9,790 nt of DNA from Octopus sinensis (Eukaryota): contig NW_021827793.1 in assembly GCF_006345805.1 (NCBI RefSeq), positions 1 through 9,790 of the forward strand, given 5' to 3'. The notes beneath the pieces were generated by a model. That model was not told the DNA's origin. It ran no database searches and saw only the letters and a program-made list of their open reading frames with translations. Both the position numbers and the translations under genes were made by a program. Of the stretch, positions 6,730-9,790 are shown one piece after another. Position 1 is the stretch's first letter. Each line of letters begins with the position of its first letter.

Positions 6730-6799
6730 AGTGTAGGAAATGCGACCGTGTGACTTACCTACGTCACCAACCTCCATATACGGTCGTATTTCCTACACT
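6730..6799 (+). other. Isolated 70-nt hairpin (about 23-bp stem, about 24-nt loop)
   Basis: AGTGTAGGAAATGCGACCGTGTG (6730-6752) pairs with TATACGGTCGTATTTCCTACACT (6777-6799). The three non-Watson-Crick positions are all G-U on the plus strand. Confidence 0.75.
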
Positions 6800-6998
6800 T
6801 CCAACTTTAGTGGGAGGTCTATGCTTCCGAGCCTTATGATTTCTAACGACGTTGCGGGCTATGAATTCCTATTCCCTAAACGAAATCATGGGAGGTCTTT
6901 GGTTTCGATGCGTCTCTTTAAAATTCGCTCCACGTTGATCACATTATTGTTCTCTATTCAGTTTAAAGTCGTTTGAAACGAATGAAATATTATTTACC

Positions 6999-7135
6999 TT
7001 ATTTACATTTGACTGATATTTCTCCTCATCTTGATTGTTGTTAACACAACGTTTCGGCTGATATACCCTCCAGATTTCATCAGGTGTCTCGGGGAAATTT
7101 CGATCCTGGGATCTCATTCCTAAGGTATTTTTCAT
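6999..7135 (-). mobile_element. 3' module of a short retroelement containing a hammerhead; probably the tail of the SINE whose head is at 7652-7724
   Basis: On minus it follows an (AAT/AAC)-like run and reads GAAAAATACCTTAGGAATGAGATCCCAGG...hammerhead...AAATGTAAATAA. Its first 27 bp recur inverted at 7809-7835. Confidence 0.7.
7043..7088 (-). ncRNA. Minimal type I hammerhead ribozyme motif, base of stem II mutated
   Basis: Minus strand reads GACAC-CTGATGA-A-ATCTG-gagggtatat-CAGCC-GAAAC-GTT^GTGTT. Stem I has 5 pairs (one G-U), stem III is the minimal palindrome ACGU, and the triplet is GUU (cleavage between 7048 and 7047). The two core-proximal stem II pairs are mismatched. Confidence 0.75.
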
Positions 7136-7164
7136 ATATTTTGTTGTTATTATTATATTATATT

Positions 7165-7626
7165 GAGTGAGAGAGCAGTGCATGCCATCAAAGTGACACT
7201 GGGGTTAAAATATACGAGCCCCAGTATACCCATCATGACTACCCGTCTGATAAGGGTACACTAGGCACATGCATCACAACCATATGGTGCGCGACATGGT
7301 GATCTCATATCAAGATAAACAGCACGGGACCTTGCAGGTGGGGCCCAGTTTAGAATTTTCTTCAGGTTGAGTAGCCCATCCACTCGAAAGGTCCTGAATA
7401 AGGGTTTGTTTAAGGATGTCGAAAGAAACACCCAGGTTTCCAGAGGTGAATTATTCAAACCCCAAAGAATCCTCTCAACACATGGCTATGATGCTCCCCG
7501 ATTACTCTGCTCGTGATCATAGATGCACATTTATCAGCCCCCAAGGGAAATGCTCAACTGGTTTAAGGTCCAAAACTGACAAGCAAATCTGTGGGTATTT
7601 GAGCAGAACAGATTTTGCTGTGCCCA
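7165..7626 (-). mobile_element. About 460-bp retroelement segment (LINE 3'-end-like or LINE-tail-derived) with an (AAT)n tail
   Basis: GC-richer block bounded on both sides by ATT-rich runs. On minus it ends CTCTCTCACTCAA followed by TATAATATAATAATAAC, with a subterminal stem-loop ACTGGGG/CCCCAGT (7198-7225). I recall it as an abundant octopus repeat; family not determined. Confidence 0.6.
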
Positions 7627-7651
7627 TTATTATTATTACACTATTATATTG

Positions 7652-7722
7652 TATTCAGATCACTGCCTGGAATCGCACTCGGAATCTTGGGGTTAGTAGC
7701 CCGTGCTCTCAACCACTACGCC

Positions 7723-7724
<2 letters not shown>
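7652..7724 (-). mobile_element. tRNA-like SINE head followed by an (AAT)-rich run
   Basis: Minus-strand A box TGGCGTAGTGG (7713-7723) and degenerate B box GAGTGCGATTCC (7669-7680). There is no tRNA 3' acceptor strand. Confidence 0.8.
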
Positions 7725-7786
<62 letters not shown>

Positions 7787-7835
7787 CAACAACAACAACA
7801 ACAACATCGAAAAATACTTTAGGAATGAGAACCCA
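7725..7835 (+). repeat. (AAT)19(AAC)8 microsatellite plus a 30-bp inverted partial copy of the hammerhead-module leader
   Basis: AAT 7725-7781, AAC 7782-7805. GAAAAATACTTTAGGAATGAGAACCCA (7809-7835) matches the reverse complement of 7107-7133 at 25 of 27 positions. Confidence 0.9.
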
Positions 7836-7892
7836 TTAAGGGTACGGCAAACCATACCGAAAAAATAGGTATCAAGATTTTAAAAATAACTA

Positions 7893-7968
7893 TTGGGGTC
7901 CACTTGTTCGACTAAAAGCCGTTTAAGGTTATGCTCCAGCATGGCCGTAGCCCAGACACTGAAATAAA
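7893..7968 (+). mobile_element. Decayed 3'-tail fragment of the 8523-8935 SINE family
   Basis: GGGGTCCACTTGTTCGACTAAAAG...TGCTCCAGCATGGCCGTAG resembles GGGTCGAGTTGCTCGATTAAAAGGCGGTGCTCCAGCATGGCCGCAG (about 8848-8893). Confidence 0.65.
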
Positions 7969-8475
7969 TTAACGATAACAAATAATAGTTAAAATAATGA
8001 AATTTATCATTTTTTCCCCTAAAATCTCTTATCGCCTTCGGCTCATTCTATATTTCGTTCGCATTTATTTTGCATTTTTGCGTAGAATAATTTAAATATT
8101 ACTTTTTTTAGAACCGACGTAAATTTTCGCTAACAATCTACGTTACGTAGGCAAAACTTAATTCCAAATTATCTATTTTAATTCTTATTTTGCCGACGTC
8201 TTTTCTCTAATTATTTTTTTTTAATAACAGAATTCTTTGATGAATTCATAATTCTTTAGAAATTTTACATCTTAATTAAAATTACTCTTTGTTCTAATAA
8301 TTATTATTATTTTTATTATTACTTGTTATTATTTCTTTTGCTCTTTATTTTGATTCTGAAAATACTTTCCAAACATAATGCTAAAATTGCTCAACTTTCT
8401 CTTTGAAGTACAGAATCTTCCGCTTTTCATCTTTCTCTCCAAGACAATTCACGCCTTCTCGAAACGTGTGGAATA

Positions 8476-8513
8476 ATTCGTACATAAGCCACATATTCGT
8501 ACATAATCCACAT
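8476..8513. repeat. 19-bp tandem duplication just upstream of a SINE head
   Basis: ATTCGTACATAAGCCACAT followed by ATTCGTACATAATCCACAT, one mismatch. Confidence 0.88.
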
Positions 8514-8522
8514 ATGCACATA

Positions 8523-8935
8523 GGCGCAGGAGTGGCTGTGTGGTAAGTAGCTTGCTAACCAGCCACATGGTTCTTGGTTCAGTCCCACTGCGTGGCATCT
8601 TGGGCAAGTGTCTTCTGCTATAGCCTCGGGCCGACCAATGCCTTGTGAGTGGATTTGGTAGACGGAAACTGAAAGAAGCCCGTCGTATATATGTATATAT
8701 TATGCGCGTTGTGTATTTGTGGGTCTGTGTTTGTCCCCATAGTCATTGACTTGACAAACGATGCTGGTGTGTTATGTCCCCGTTACTTAGCGGTTCGGCA
8801 AAAGAGACAATAGAATAAGTACTGGGCTTACAAAAGAATAAGTCCTAGGGTCGAGTTGCTCGATTAAAAGGCGGTGCTCCAGCATGGCCGCAGTGAAATT
8901 AGTGAAACAAGTAAAAGAGTAAAGAGTAAAAGAGT
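8523..8935 (+). mobile_element. Full-length tRNA-derived SINE (same family as 4865-5267)
   Basis: A box TGGCTGTGTGG (8533-8543), B-box-like GGTTCAGTCCC (8576-8586), CORE-like CTTGGGCAAGTGTCTT, internal TA/TG tract, and (TAAAAGAG)n tail. Confidence 0.92.
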
Positions 8936-8940
8936 ATATA

Positions 8941-8987
<47 letters not shown>

Positions 8988-8995
8988 TATATATA
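8935..8995. repeat. (TA)n microsatellite
   Basis: Directly visible. Confidence 0.95.
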
Positions 8996-9077
8996 CAATT
9001 ATACACGCTCACGAAAAACATGTCTGGTCGCAGGTGTAATATATAAGAGTATTGTGATAGATGTCTGTGTATGTCTT

Positions 9078-9188
9078 TAGATAGATAGATAAATAGAAAA
9101 ATAGAGAGATAGACAAATAAATAGATAGATAGATAGATAGAGAGAGAGGGAAGTGAGAGAGAGAGAGAAAGAGAGACAAAGAGAGAGA
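9078..9188. repeat. Compound (GATA)n/(GA)n microsatellite
   Basis: Directly visible; source of ORF 9009..9197. Confidence 0.95.
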
Positions 9189-9279
9189 TTTAATCATTTG
9201 GGCGTAGCTGTATGTTGCAATACGCAGTGAAAGGTATGAAAAAACCGGTCAGGCATGAACTAGAGGCAGAGTCAATAAC

Positions 9280-9320
9280 TGATGTCTGAAGAAGGCAACG
9301 AAGTCGAAACTGTCATGTCA
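9280..9320 (+). ncRNA. Minimal type I hammerhead ribozyme motif with intact core
   Basis: TGATGT-CTGAAGA-A-GGC-aacgaa-GTC-GAAA-C-T-GTC^ATGTCA. Stem I has 6 pairs (two G-U), stem II has 3 pairs closed by the conserved G-C, and the triplet is GUC (cleavage after 9314). Stem III ACUGU is too short to close as a monomer. Confidence 0.7.
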
Positions 9321-9339
9321 TTGCTAATGTTTAACTTTT

Positions 9340-9350
9340 ATGTATATATG

Positions 9351-9405
<55 letters not shown>

Positions 9406-9790
9406 GTATACATATATACATAGACACCAACGGCACACGAATGCATTCGTATATGTGTATGTAATATATATATATATATTATATATTATATATATATATA
9501 TTTACATACATACAAATATATGTATGGGTATGTATATATATATATATATGTATATAAATACATATAACTATGGATACAAACTCATATATAAATCATTACA
9601 TAATCAAATCTATATATACATGAATCGCTACGTAGGTGTATATGTGTATATATGTATATATACATTACATAATATTATATATATTATACTTATATATATA
9701 TTGTATATATGTATATATAGTATATATATATATATATATATATATAGATATATATATATATATATAGATATATATATATATATAGATATA
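9340..9790. repeat. Compound (CA)n/(TA)n/(TAGA)-type low-complexity tract to the window end
   Basis: Directly visible, with short unique interruptions. Confidence 0.93.

Noticed and set aside
6812-6898. TGGGAGGTCT repeated twice
   Set aside because: A 10-bp match with no extension is within chance expectation.
7416-7868. 150-aa ORF with a poly-Asn tract
   Set aside because: It crosses three separate repeat pieces in antisense, and the poly-N is the (AAT)n(AAC)n microsatellite.
7990-8470. Possible exon or LINE remnant in the AT-rich stretch (acceptor-like TAACAG at 8230; minus-strand EGVNCLGEKDEKRKILYFKEKVEQF)
   Set aside because: All frames after the acceptor close within a few codons, and the minus-strand peptide has no motif I recognise.

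Overview
AT-rich, non-coding eukaryotic DNA made almost entirely of repeats. The SINE families and long (TA)n tracts resemble those I recall from octopus (coleoid cephalopod) genomes; this assignment is from recall, not a search. I can support no intact protein-coding gene: the supplied ORFs are translations of microsatellites or repeats. Contents: several tRNA-derived SINEs (one amplified as a 184-bp tandem array, one apparently split by a nested insertion), a non-autonomous Helitron, a 47-bp palindromic minisatellite, a probable decayed non-LTR retrotransposon APE-endonuclease fragment, and many microsatellites. The main unexpected signal is five type I hammerhead ribozyme motifs from four unrelated sequence families (450-499 minus, 862-913 plus, 1840-1959 plus, 7043-7088 minus, 9280-9320 plus). 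Four have fully palindromic stem III sequences and the fifth is near-palindromic, as reported for dimer-cleaving hammerheads of Penelope-like elements and retrozymes. Three lie in or overlap the two long inverted repeats that would otherwise be annotated as MITEs, and one lies in what appears to be the tail of a tRNA-headed SINE.
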